64,000 bases of DNA from Tubulanus polymorphus. Its lineage: Eukaryota; Animalia; Nemertea. Position 1 is the stretch's first letter, and each line of letters starts with the position of its first letter. The DNA lies in contig NC_134030.1 of NCBI RefSeq assembly GCF_964204645.1, positions 167,255-231,254 of the forward strand. The letters run 5' to 3'. The translations under genes and the position numbers were made by a program. The notes beneath the pieces were generated by a model. It did not search any database and had not been told where the DNA came from. It was given only the letters and a program-made list of their open reading frames with translations. Below, piece by piece: positions 1 through 12,511 of the stretch.

Positions 1-1590
1 AACTACCACAGTCCAGCCTACTACAACTACCACACTCCAGCCTACTACAACTACCACACTCCAGCCTACTACAACTACCACAGTCCAGCCTACTACAACT
101 ACCACAGTCCAGCCTACTACAACTACCACAGTCCAGCCTACTACAACTACCACACTCCAGCCTACTACAACTACCCCACTCCAGCCTACTACAACTACCA
201 CAGTCCAGCCTACTACAACTACCACACTGCGGCCTACTACAACTACCACACTCCAGCCTACTACAACTACCACAGTCCAGCCTACTACAACTACCACAGT
301 CCAGCCCACTACAACTACCACACTCCAGCCTACTACAACTACCACACTGCGGCCTACTACAACTACCACACTCCAGCCTACTACAACTACCACACTCCAG
401 CCTACTACAACTACCACACTGCGGCCTACTACAACTACCACAGTCCAGCCTACTACAACTACCGCAGTCCAGCCTACTACAACTACCACAGTCCGGCCTA
501 CTGCAACTACCACACTCCACCCTACTACAACTACCCCACTCCAGCCTACTACAACTACCACACTCCAGCCTACTACAACTTCCACACTCCAGCCTACTAC
601 AACTTCCACACTCCAGCCTACTACAACTACCACACTCCAGCCTACTACAACTACCACACTCCAGCCTACTACAACTACCACACTCCAGCCTACTACACTT
701 ACCACACTCCAGCCTACTACAACTACCACACTCCAGCCTACTACAACTACCACAGTCCAGCCTACTACAACTACCACAGTCCAGCCTACTACAACTACTG
801 CAGTCCAGCCTACTACAACTACCACACTCCAGCCTACTACAACTACCACAGTCCAGCCCACTACAACTACCACACTCCAGCCTACTACAACTACCACAGT
901 CCAGCCCACTACAACTACCACACTCCAGCCTACTACAACTATCACAGTCCAGCCTACTACAACTACCACAGTCCAGCCTACTACAACTACCACAGTCCGG
1001 CCTACTGCAACTACCACACTCCAGCCTACTACAACTACCACAGTCCAGCCTACTACAACTACCACAGTCCGGCCTACTGCAACTACCACAGTCCAGCCTA
1101 CTGCAACTACCACAGTCCAGCCTACTGCAACCACCACAGTCCAGCCTCCAACTACCACAGTCCAGCCTACTACAACTACCACAGTCCAGCCTACTACAAC
1201 TACCACAGTCCAGCCTACTACAACTACCACAGTCCAGCCTACTACAACTACCACAGTCCAGCCTACTATAACTTCACCAGACCTGACGTCATCAGTTCCT
1301 ACAACATCACCAGACGTGACGTCATCAGTTCCTACAACATCACCAGACGTGACGTCATCAGTTCCTACAACATCACCAGACGTGACGTCATCAGTTCCTA
1401 CAAAATCACCAGACGTGACGTCATCAGTTCCTACAAAATCACCAGACGTGACGTCATCAGTTCCTACAAAATCACCAGACGTGACGTCATCTGTTCCTAC
1501 AACATCCCCAGACGTGACGTCATCAGTTCCTACAACATCACCAGACGTGACGTCATCAGTTCCTACAACATCACCAGACGTGACGTCAAC
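1..1590 (+). repeat. Coding VNTRs: 24-bp unit (1-1270) followed by 33-bp unit (1271-1590)
   Basis: Units cagcctactacaactaccaca[g/c]tc and gtgacgtcatcagttcctacaacatcaccagac; both lengths are multiples of 3. Confidence 0.95.
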
Positions 1591-2022
1591 CTCAGAAGAA
1601 ACGAAGCCCCTTACATCGATTCCAGATCAATCAACCGAATCGACCACAACTGATTCACCATCCGGTAATTAATATCAGTTAAATCTTAAATTCATTAGAA
1701 TTCATTTGTTCATCAATATTTCAACTGTTTCAATGTATATGTTTTTATTTGAAGCGTTAGTCCTAACAGCAGCTCTGGCAAGCGGGTTAATAATAGTAGC
1801 GGTTAGTTTTATATTGATCGTTCAGTTATGCAGAAATAGGTAACAATAATAACGTATTAATTTGTGTTGAATTTAGATTTTCAAAATTTGATTTATTGAT
1901 TCTCTGATTTCTAATTTTGCAGGCGAAATCAATCCGGGAATTATTTACAATTAAATACAACGCATCCAACGCAGTCTCTCGACTTCGACAATCCGACATT
2001 TGATTTAATCAGAGATCCCTGA
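1..2022 (+). CDS. 3' part of a type I membrane mucin-like protein; exons <1-1664, 1755-1839, 1923-2022
   Basis: Open frame of in-frame Thr/Pro/Ser repeats (QPTTTTT[VL], then TSSVPTTSPDV). Phase-consistent GT-AG introns. Exon 2 encodes hydrophobic ALVLTAALASGLIIVAVSFILIVQLC followed by RNRR; tail ends LDFDNPTFDLIRDP*. AATAAA at ~2325. Confidence 0.85.
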
Positions 2023-2446
2023 AATTACGTAAGAGACATTGACGTCACAACTGCTGATATTTCATCAAATTATTTATAAAAAACTTCTATGAAGAAATTT
2101 CTATGAAAGTGAAAAAAAATGTTGAATGTAATTTTTGCTTCAATTGGATAAAATGTTGATATAAAAACGAAATGAATTAAATTCATTTTTATCGATTTTC
2201 CTGATGTTTATTTATTGCAATATTTTGTACATTGAATTAATGTATTACAGTGTAATATATTATCTATAAACATTGTACTTATTTGTATATTGTAGTTATT
2301 ACGTTATATTGTATTGAGAAAAGAAATAAAATATTTTATAACAATGTTTTTAGAAGACATTGCGTTACTGTGTCAATGTTCTGTGAGATTTCACTCGGTC
2401 GGAGATGAACTAATTCTGACTCCATTTAATCAAAACCCGAACTGAA

Positions 2447-4097
2447 AACTGTGCAACTGTGGATCCAGAACTGTGGAACTGGATCCAGAACTGTGGAACT
2501 GGGTCCAGAACTGTGGAACTGTAGCCCAGAACTGTGGAACTGGATCCAGAACCTGTGGAACTGAGCCCAGAACTGTGGAACTGGATCCAGAACTGTGGAA
2601 CTGAGCCCAGAACTGTGGAACTGGATCCAGAACTGTGGAACTGGATCCAGAACTGTGGAACTGGATCCAGAACTATTGAACTGAGTCCAGAACTGTGGAA
2701 CTGGATCCAGAACTGTGGAACTGAGCCCAGAACTGTGGAACTGGATCCAGAACTGTGGAACTGGATCCTGAGCTGTGGAACTGGATCAAAAACTGTGGAA
2801 CTGGATCCTGAGCTGTGGAACTGGATCCAGAACTATGGAACTGGATACAGAACTGTGGAACTGTAGCCCAGAACTGTGGAACTGGATCCAGAACCTGTGG
2901 AACTGAGCCCAGAACTGTGGAACTGGGTTCAGAACTGTGGAACTGGATCCAGAACTGTGGAACTGGGTCCAGAACTGTGGAACTGGATCCAGAACCTGTG
3001 GAACTGAGCCCAGAACTGTGGAACTGGGTTCAGAACTGTGGAACTGGATCCAGAACTGTGGAACTGGGTCCAGAACTGTGGAACTGGATCCAGAACCTGT
3101 GGAACTGAGCCCAGAACTGTGGAACTGGGTTCAGAACTGTGGAACTGGATCCAGAACTGTGGAACTGAGCCCAGAACTGTGGAACTGGGTCCAGAACTGT
3201 GGAACTGGATCCAGAACTGTGGAACTGGGTCCAGAACTGTGGAACTGTAGCCCAGAACTGTGGAACTGGATCCAGAACCTGTGGAACTGAGCCCAGAACT
3301 GTGGAACTGGATCCAGAACTGTGGAACTGGATCCAGAACTATTGAACTGAGTCCAGAACTGTGGAACTGGATCCAGAACTGTGGAACTGAGCCCAGAACT
3401 GTGGAACTGGATCCAGAACTGTGGAACTGAGCCCAGAACTGTGGAACTGGGTCCAGAACTGTGGAACTGGATCCAGAACTGTGGAACTGGATCCAGAACT
3501 GTGGAACTGGATCCAGAACTATTGAACTGAGTCCAGAACTGTGGAACTGGATCCAGAACTGTGGAACTGAGCCCAGAACTGTGGAACTGTAGCCCAGAAC
3601 TGTGGAACTGGATCCAGAACCTGTTGAACTGAGCCCAGAACTGTGGAACTGGGTCCAGAACTGTGGAACTGGATCCAGAACTGTGGAACTGGATCCAGAA
3701 CTGTGGAACTGGATCCAGAACTGTGGAACTGGGTCCAGAACTGTGGAACTGGTTCCAGAACTGTGGAACTGGATCCAGAACTGTGGAACTGGATCCAGAA
3801 CTGTGGAACTGGTTCCAGAACTGTGGAACTGGATCCAGAACTGTGGAACTGGATCCTGAACTGTGGAACTGGTTCCAGAACTGTGGAACTGGATCCAGAA
3901 CTGTGGAACTAGATACAGAACTGTGGAACTGGATCTAGAATTGTGGAACTGAGTCCAGAACTGTGGAACTGGATCCAGAACTGTGGAACTGAGTCCACAA
4001 CTGTGGAACTGGGTCCAGAACTGTGGAACTGGATCCAGAACCTGTTGAACTGAGCCCAGAACTGTGGAACTGGGTCCAGAACTGTGGAACTGGATCA
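2447..4097. repeat. 20-bp minisatellite (aactgtggaactggatccag)n, ~80 copies
   Basis: Directly visible; 21-bp variants shift frames, so the overlapping ORFs are spurious. Confidence 0.97.
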
Positions 4098-4744
4098 CGC
4101 ATATAGTTATATGTGTAACTGTGTTAAGCCTGTGGTGAGAATATTTTCGGATATATGTTTATAAAGAACGAGTTTTGAATATGTCAGATTTTCACCCTTT
4201 TTATTGCATACACTGATTATGTGTATATGTATTATAGTGTATAGGAGTGTGACAGGTTTGAACTGTATTATATCAGTACTATACACAAACCACAGTCAAC
4301 TACGGGTTCAGGACATCTTTTTCATTACAGTTCAGGTAAAAAAATAGGTAATACTTGTAGGTAATACTGTACTCAGTGGATTTAACTTGATTTTATTAGA
4401 AATTACGTTACTTTTCGGGCGCTACTCGTCGATACATATGTAGCACAGGAGTCAATACACAAACCACTACGGAAAATGACTTAACTTCAAAATTCAAAAC
4501 TTAATGATATTATCTCCTCGTGTCTAATGAAAACTTTGATCTGTATCTTGTATTTCATCAGTTTTAATATTGTTAGAACTGATGAAAGCAGCACGGGAGC
4601 CTCAATTCTAACTTAGACTAATTTCAGGCAACTGGAAAATAAATCAGGATCTGTTCTAAGTGTTATCTTTATCTACAAGTGTTGCATGTAACGAAGTTAC
4701 AAGAAATTGGAAGTAGTTTTTTTCAGGAGGTTGTTGATAAAAAC

Positions 4745-6547
4745 ATGTCGTCTTTACGGAAATCAAAGTCGAAACAAAGAACTGGCGGCAGCAGTGAGAA
4801 ACAACAACCTGTGCGTAAACAACAGCGCGAGGATTCTATTGTGCTGAGTCGAGAAGATGCTTTTAAAATCTATGACGTTTTAACCGCATTTAAATCATTT
4901 AAAAAACCGGAACCATCTTCAGCAGGTTTGTATCAAACCAAGACTGGTTTCAGGGCGGTGGAATAGACCTGGGAAAGGGTTCCTATAAGTCTGTTGACTC
5001 ACTAACCTACACCGATAGGTAGCAAGGTATCAGTTGGTATCGTGTTGTCATGTCTTTGTTCCAAAAATTAGATTTTTCCCACAAAAGAAATGCATAAGCC
5101 CAACAGACAATACAGTTACCAGTCTATAAAACCGGCCCCAGGTCTGCCAAAATATCACTAACCCCAGGTGCTCAACTCTAACCCTAGGTCACCCGTAACC
5201 CTAACCCTAGTTTCACCAATGATCCCAACCCTTGCAGGACTCGAACCTTCGATCTCCAGCGTGCCAGACGAGTATGCCAACCACTAGACCATAGACCAGT
5301 AGTGATTAACTACGTTCGTCAGTTTGTCTGGTCAATGTGGCGACTATTGACCAGTCAGGTGGGATGACTGGTAACCAGTCAGGTGTGGCAACTGGTGACC
5401 AGTCAAGTGTGGCAACTGGTGACCAGTCAGGTGTGGCAACTGGTGACCAGTCAGGTGTGGCAACTGGTGACCAGTCAGGTGTGGCAACTGGTGACCAGTC
5501 AGGTGTGGCAACTGGTGACCAGTCAGGTGTGGCAACTGGTGACCAGTCAGGTGCGGCAACTAATAATACCCATACAAGTGTTGTTATCTCTGATTACTTT
5601 TCGGATCCCATTGCCGGTCGGGGCAAGAAAGAGGTCATCTTTAGCGATAAGGGAACGATAGCCTACCCATTGACGACGGGAGGGGGGATGTGATTCAAGC
5701 TTCTACAAAGTTATCAATTCTGTATTTCAGGAGTTTTTCTGATACACAAAACCTACCGGGCCCGACTAAAAATATGGATCAAAAAAGTGCGAGAAAGAGT
5801 GAAGGTACAAAAAAATGATACAACAATAATGTAACACTAAAAACATCATGTCTTCCCTAGAGATTATTTCTAATAAGGGTGCTTTTACCTAATTGTCGGG
5901 AGGGGGGGGGGGGTTCTGGAAAATACGGTCCATGGTATGTTGAACTTTAAAAGATCTCATCCAATTTAGGGATTGTTTATCTGAGATTGCGGTTTAAATC
6001 TCTATTAATTATAGAACAATGAAGTTGTCAAATTGATACACAATGGAATGTATGTATCACAATTAGCCAAAGAGTTTAATATTGTTGAAGAGAAGGAGGA
6101 AAGAACAAATGATGATGAGGATGAGGATGACGACGATGCTGTTTCAATAGAATCATCTTCATCGGTAGAACTTGATTCTTCTGATGACGAATTCTTTAAA
6201 GGTAATTTTGAAAATTATACAAATTCTTGATAAAAAGGTCGTTTATGGTTTTAACGCCACCGCTGGAGAATATGGCGTTATAACGAATTTGGCGAAATAA
6301 ACAATGGAATTTTCATTGAATTTGAGTTTAAATTAGCGAATTTGTTCTCTGAAAAAATGTTAGCGTTTAGGGTGAGAGGTGGCAGAAAAACGACGACAGC
6401 GTTATAACGAACTGTAGATACAAAATACATGGATCTGTGGCGGCCATTTTGAAATCGTGTGAAATCTTTTTCGCAGAACTGAACGAACAATTGAAGAAAA
6501 AAATGACATCGAAAACATTGCCGAACAAAACTCCGATAGTGCGTCAA

Positions 6548-6587
<40 letters not shown>

Positions 6588-7733
6588 GCGGTGCGGGCGG
6601 TGGTGGTGTAAAGGCACAAGGGGTTGGTAAGACTGGTGTTAAGAGCCCAGCGGGTAGTAAGGCTCCTCTAGGCGGCGTTGATGCTGAGTTCGACTTGTTC
6701 AAAGCGATGTTGGGAGGAAAAGACAAAGAAACCGGTTTCTCCATAAAAGATATGGTCAACGGTATGATAAAAAGTATCTATACAAAAGAAATGATGCAAC
6801 CAGTTTCAAAGTCGGTTATTGAAAAGGTAATTGATATCTACATCTCTCGGGGTGGTGAGGGGGGTGGTGAGGGGGGGGGGTGAGGGGTAATTGTGAGTCC
6901 AGTAGCCTAATAGTCAGCTAAAGTAAAAAATCGGATAAGTACAACTGAAAGACCAAGTTACATATGAGTTGCTGTTTAAGCTCACCTTATAGAAAACTCT
7001 GATTTAAGTATAACTTTGAAATAAGCTTCTCGGCAATTCAGTGCCCAGGTTTACAGCAATTCAGAGCCCAGCTTTAAAGCAATTCAGAGCCCAGGTTTAT
7101 AGCAATTTAGGACCCTGATTTTACCAGCAATATCATGAGTAACTGCAGCCCCAGCGGATTTTGTATTTGTAGCTCCCAGCCTGGTTAGCGATGAACGGTG
7201 ATAGTTTGAGTCCAGACGAAAAAACTAAATACAAACAAGCTTTAGTTTATTATAAAGAAATAGCAGAAATTTGCGACGAAAAAATCGACGAAAAAGACGT
7301 GAAAGGAAACGAGAAACAAGCGGTAGATTTAACTAAAGTTTGTCAGAAACTGCAGGGGCTTAATGTCAAACTACCGGACGATATTCAAATATCAGTGGTT
7401 AGTAGAATAGTCGCAAGGGGGCGTCGCTAGAATAGATCGTGGAGTCCAAATATCACTAAAGAATTTGGTAAAAGATTTATTTATAACAAATTTTCTACTG
7501 GAGTTTAACCCGTGGTGGGGCGAGGATCTCGTCGACTCTGGTGGGGCGAGGATCTCGTCGACCCTTTTATGATAGCTCATAGTTGTTATCTTTGATACTA
7601 TTTTCAGCAAGAAAATGCCGATGTTGGTGCTATGACAGAAAATCTACTGGCGGGTGTGTTCTCCGGAGTTGCTGGTGCAGCAGCCGGAGGGGCCGGTCAA
7701 TCGGGAAAACAACAAGAATGTCGCCTTATGTAG
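4745..7733 (+). CDS. Divergent PEX19-family protein, 380 aa; exons 4745-4925, 5731-5804, 6015-6201, 6477-6826, 7173-7397, 7608-7733
   Basis: All introns are GT-AG and phase-consistent. MVNGMIKSIYTKEMMQPVSKSVIEKLPAWLAMNGDSLSPDEKTKYKQ...QKLQGL resembles the PEX19 C-terminal helical domain (LLSKDVLYPSLKEITEKYPEWL...QQLQDL). Ends in CaaX box CRLM*. Confidence 0.75.
5158..5560 (-). mobile_element. Dispersed repeat with tRNA-like head, telomere-like (TTAGGG) runs and a 24-bp tandem array
   Basis: Minus strand has A-box tggtctagtgg and B-box ggttcgagtcc (~5235-5300), with taaccctaaccct next to it and (ggtgaccagtcaggtgtggcaact)n. Homologous copies at ~48005 and ~54520. Confidence 0.65.
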
Positions 7734-8559
7734 ACAAATCGAATGGTCGTAATTTACATATAAAATCATAATCGATATCAATTTGCATAAAATCGATATT
7801 TGTATGAATAAAGTGAAGTGTAATTTATGTAAGTTATTTATTCTGCTATATCCAGGAATGTATGTTAGAATTATTACACTATAGTTTACAGAACACAACG
7901 AGACGATGAATAAAGTGATAGTGATACAGACTATAGGAGTAATAAAGACACATTGACAGCAGATATCTGCAAACTCTAGGGGTAACACCTGAGCTTGGAG
8001 TAATCAGTCTGATAACTCCAAGCACACTCACAGTGTACTGCAGCTGGAATTTCAAAGGGGATAAATGACATTGTGGCTGCTGAAGGTTTTCAATCACCAA
8101 CTGCAAATTTAAGCTTTAATCATCTATTTTTGTACATTAGCTCAATATATTTCAAAAAAATTATCAGCGTTGATAGAATATTGACATCCACTCTTGTAAG
8201 TGCAGCTGATATTCTATTTCGGGTGGATGTCAGAAGAGGGATGTAGGGTGGGGTGCCGCCGCTGTTGTGGATCACGGTTTGTTAGTACACAAGAATATGA
8301 ATAAGTAATCGAATAGACGGATCGACTCTTCAGCGTGTGATTTAACATCTAATAAATTTATGTTAATTTATTTGGTAAACTGTACTGGAGGCATCGTGTT
8401 TGGTGTTTGGTTCTGTCGTAGCACATTTATGTAACTGATGTCTGCAATAAATAAACTGAATGATCCCAGTCTAAATCCTTGACTTGACTTAATTGTATAT
8501 AATTCATCTCAAATCTTTCTCACAGTTAGTGTTTGTTTGTCGCGCGCGCGCTACACCGG

Positions 8560-8663
8560 CATCCTCCCTCTGCAGGGACTCGAACCTGATGGCATCGCTA
8601 CACTCAGCCACGGCATCGGCAATCTCGATGCCATCAGGTTCGAATCCCTGCCGGGGGAGGATG
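8560..8663. repeat. 38-bp inverted repeat with a Pol III B-box in each arm
   Basis: catcctccctctgcagggactcgaacctgatggcatcg (8560-8597) matches the reverse complement of 8626-8663 with 3 mismatches. Confidence 0.8.
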
Positions 8664-10315
8664 TACACCGGCGGTGGGTCCAGCAACGAGACGCAGCACA
8701 GCGACGCCGGTGACATCTAGCGGTGTACAACAGTACTGCTGTAACAAGATCTATACTGTGCGGCACAGTACTGACTGCTGCGCGTGCGCGTGTGTGTAGG
8801 AAGGTGTACAGGAGAGATACCAGTACTGACTGTGTATATCAGTAGACGCTTTAACACGGGGAATACACCAGAAACTACTGTTGAATATATCTCAGTCGGG
8901 CAATCAATTCATTGATTATCTTCATCTGTTTGTATCATACACAAGTAAGTCAGATTTCGTGGATTAAAACTTGGGTCAGGGAAGGGAGGTGCCTGATGAT
9001 GGTAGTAGGCCTACTGTAGTACATGTATCCTATATTCCGACCCGTTGCCAACAGCTATGGAGCTATCCTGCTACTGTTGCTCCGTTATCGTGTGACGTTA
9101 TTTATTAGAAAAAATATCCCGTTGGATTTCTAATGAATATTTTCTGATGATACCATAGCAACATTGATGTACGAGCAGGAATTATCGAGTCACGAGTTAC
9201 GGAGCAGTCCTCGGTATTCACATGACGTAATAGCGATCGCGATCCTCAGTGTTTGATTCGACCTCTAGGGGGCTCTGACATTCCCGTCGAATCCAACTTT
9301 AAAAACTGGCTGAATTTATCAAATAAGTCTGGATGTATATAAGTCCATTCAATAGTATATGTACCGGTATAAATTGTAAATAGTATAATTTGTAAATAAC
9401 GTTAGAGTTGAGGTGTTAGTTTGTAGCATTATGATAACGTGAACTTCGTTAAATAGAGCAATGAACTTCACGGGATCAGAAAATCAGTTCGTTACATCAG
9501 ATAGTTCGTTACATCCAGTAAGAAGGCAGTAATTGGGATGAAATTCTAGGTTTGTAATCACCGATATGTCACTGTTAAACGAGGTGTTCAACTGTAGGTA
9601 GGTCTGTCTAACACTGTCTGGTGACAAGGCCGATAGTTTGTGATGAATTCACAGTTTATTCACATTACAAGACGCCAGTCAATTGTAATATATTTCATAT
9701 CGGGACTATTTATGCGAGTCAGTTAATAGACAACTTGTTTTATTGCCTGTCTTCAATATCGCATTGTACTATTCATGAATTATGATTCACCCATAGCACT
9801 GACCTAGTTCCAAGAAATATCTATTATAAGAAATATGTATTAGGTTTTCCCCTGTTGACCTCTTAGCTAAACAGGGTTAGTGACGTTTTATCGTCATCCC
9901 AGAATTATGTGAGTGCTTGAATCTGTTGTGTGAGAGACGTCGACTGTGACTTCAAGGGAGGAAGGGAGTTAAGGGAGGGAGTCAAGGGAGGGAGTCAAGG
10001 GAGGGAGTCAAGGGAGTTTTTTTCATTTAATCCAATTCATTAACATCAAACTGAGATAAGATACAAAAAAGAACCCGTCACGCTGGAATAAGTCAAGTGA
10101 GTTCCTAGTCTGTAATAACCTGTCTGTAATAACCTGTCTGTAATAACCTGTCTGTATATCGGATATTTTAAAGATAGTTTGCAGTTTGCTGGTCTCACCA
10201 AAGTGAACTCATGTCATGTGTTTATTTATTCTGTTTTGGTTCTTGGTTCCCAATGATCAGCACTGTTCCTGTAAGTATTTTCTGTTTTGCAGATTGATTG
10301 ACAGTGATCTGTACA

Positions 10316-11100
10316 ATGGACCCTTCAGCCCCTCCACCCGCTTACAGTGAGGGTAATTATACACAGTCTCATCCTACACATCTCCGGCTAAACATCGTCG
10401 AATTCATGTTTGAATTATTATTTCAGCCATGAAACAGCCGCCAGGTCCGCCAGCTATGTATTCAACTCAAGCACCTTACGGGGCTCCACCAGGGGGTGCT
10501 GCATATCCCCCTCAACACGGGGGTCAGTACCCCCCACCTCCCCCTCCGACCCAATACGGTTCGCCTTATCCACAAACTCAGTACTCTTCTCCCTATCCTC
10601 AGACACAATATTCATCGCCCCAACAATACGGGCAACCTGTGATAACGCCCCCTACTGGATACACGGCTAATGCTGGCAATACTGTCGTCGTCGTAGGAGC
10701 TGGATGTCAAACGTGTCAGGTACGTTTACACCGCCACCTAGTGGCTCATATGCTTACAGCGCCACCTAGTGGCTGATATACCTACAGCGCCACCTAATGG
10801 TTGGTACATCAACAGCACCTGGCCCATATGCTAACAGCACCACCTAGAGGCTGGTACATCAACAGCGCCACCTAGTGGCCGATATGCTTACAGCGCCACC
10901 TATTGGTCGGTACATTTACAGCGCCACCTTGTGTCACAGGTGACTAACCGATTGATTGTTGTATTTTTTAGGCCGGCACGTATGTTGAAGAGTTCACGGC
11001 CTGCGGAATAATCCTCGCAATTCTATTTTTCCCTTGGGGAATTTTATGTTGTTTGTTAATGAGAGAACGACGATGTCCGAGATGTAATCGATTGATGTAG
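10316..11100 (+). CDS. BRI3: Membrane protein BRI3 homolog; exons 10316-10352, 10427-10719, 10972-11100
   Basis: PPAY motif and Pro/Tyr/Gln-rich N-terminus, then VVVVGAGCQTCQAGTYVEEFTACGIILAILFFPWGILCCLLMRERRCPRC. This is the CxxC-hydrophobic-CxxC BRI3 signature. Splice phases are consistent. Confidence 0.9.
10727..10935. promoter_or_regulatory. 28-bp tandem array of CTCF-like motifs in BRI3 intron 2
   Basis: Seven full copies and one partial copy of cagcgccacctagtggc and variants, the reverse complement of the CTCF core CCACYAGRKGGCGC. Confidence 0.6.
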
Positions 11101-11334
11101 ATACGCGTCACCAGATGGCGAATGAGTAGCTGAATGAAATTATGCTAATACATATTAACTGTTATATATATATATATATAATACCGATTAATCGTGACGT
11201 CACTGTCCATTCCGGACAGCTGTGATTACGTTACCAAGGTGATATATGTTACCATGGATACAGTGTCTGATAGTGTAAATAGACTATAATGAAAGCGTTA
11301 ATTATCAAACATTAAACTGCTGTATTCTGACAGC

Positions 11335-11697
11335 CGAATCCCTCCTATGAGAGGAGGGCTCCTGACAATACCTCATGTGAGAGGAAAGCTCCTGTCGACC
11401 CCTCCTTTGAGAGGAAGGCTCCTGTCGATCCCTCCTGTGAGAGGAAGGCTCCTGTTGACCCCTCCTGTGAGAGGAAGGCTCCTGTCGATCCCTCCTGTGA
11501 GAGGAAGACTCCTCTCGATACCTCCAGTGAGAGGGAGGCTCCTGTCGACCCCATCCTGTGAGAGGAAGGCTCCTGTCGATCCCTCCTGTGAGAGGAAGGC
11601 TCCTGTCGACCCCCTCCTGTGAGAGGAAGGCTCCTGTCGACCCCATCCTGTGAGAGGAAGGCTCCTGTTGATCCCCTGTTAGAAGAGGGCTCCTGCT
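11335..11697. repeat. 30-31-bp minisatellite (cctcctgtgagaggaaggctcctgtcgacc)n downstream of the BRI3 stop
   Basis: About 12 directly visible copies. Confidence 0.93.
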
Positions 11698-12438
11698 GAA
11701 GGTCACACTGATTCCTGCTAATTGCATTTAGCAGGTATTGTGTATTGTGTGTTTTGTCTTCAATTTTTGATATAAGATTCTTATTTTTAAGTTTGTTCCA
11801 ATCATCTATGATGTAAATTTATACGATCAATTATTCTTCCCAATCATCTTTATTTTATTATTATATTCAAAGTCACAAAATTATATTGATTTATATATCC
11901 ACTTAATTAGAATGCTGTATTTCTGTATGTGTGGGATCTGTTCTGTTAGTTTCCCTCCCCACTTCTTTCATCCCCTCTTTCTCTCAATCTCTCTAATTGT
12001 AAATAAATAAATCACACATATTGTCTATAATAAGAAATATCTTCTGTTCGATTACTGCACTATTGGTTATTACGGTACCCCCAGAAAGCTGCTATAAGAC
12101 TGTGTCAGTAAATTCGCGTGTGTGTCGTCGTTATTCAGATAAACTGAAATTAATTTTACATGAATTAAATACCCGGTATCTGTTTTTGACGTCTGTATAA
12201 TTATCAAGTTATTAAATAAATGTAAACTAATAAATCGATTGAAACGATTTAAGTGTCGGTCTTCCTACAATCCTTCCTTCATCATCGATCTCTGCGGGGA
12301 TTCTATTGAACCTGATGGCATCGCCGCACGAACTGTAGTATAGCTAACTGGATGCCAGCGGGAGGGTTTTCCTAATTCATTTGGATTAGTAGCGGCAGTA
12401 AGAAAATAAAAAAAATCAGAAGAGAAAAACAATGTCTG

Positions 12439-12511
12439 TGGAGGACCCGGGCATCGATCCCGGTACCTCTCGCATGCTAAGCGAGCGCTCTACCATCTGA
12501 GCTAGCCCCCC
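12439..12511 (-). tRNA. tRNA-Ala(AGC)
   Basis: GGGGGGCTAGCTCAGATGGTAGAGCGCTCGCTTAGCATGCGAGAGGTACCGGGATCGATGCCCGGGTCCTCCA; 73 nt, full cloverleaf, G3:U70 Ala determinant, T5 run downstream. Confidence 0.96.

Noticed and set aside
2534-4098. ORFs with ELWNWIQNCGT / VPQFWIQFHSS repeats
   Set aside because: 20-bp minisatellite read in rotating frames.
5235-5300. tRNA gene calls for the A/B-box sequences at 5.2, 48.0 and 54.5 kb
   Set aside because: Acceptor and anticodon stems do not pair properly; treated as repeat-derived.
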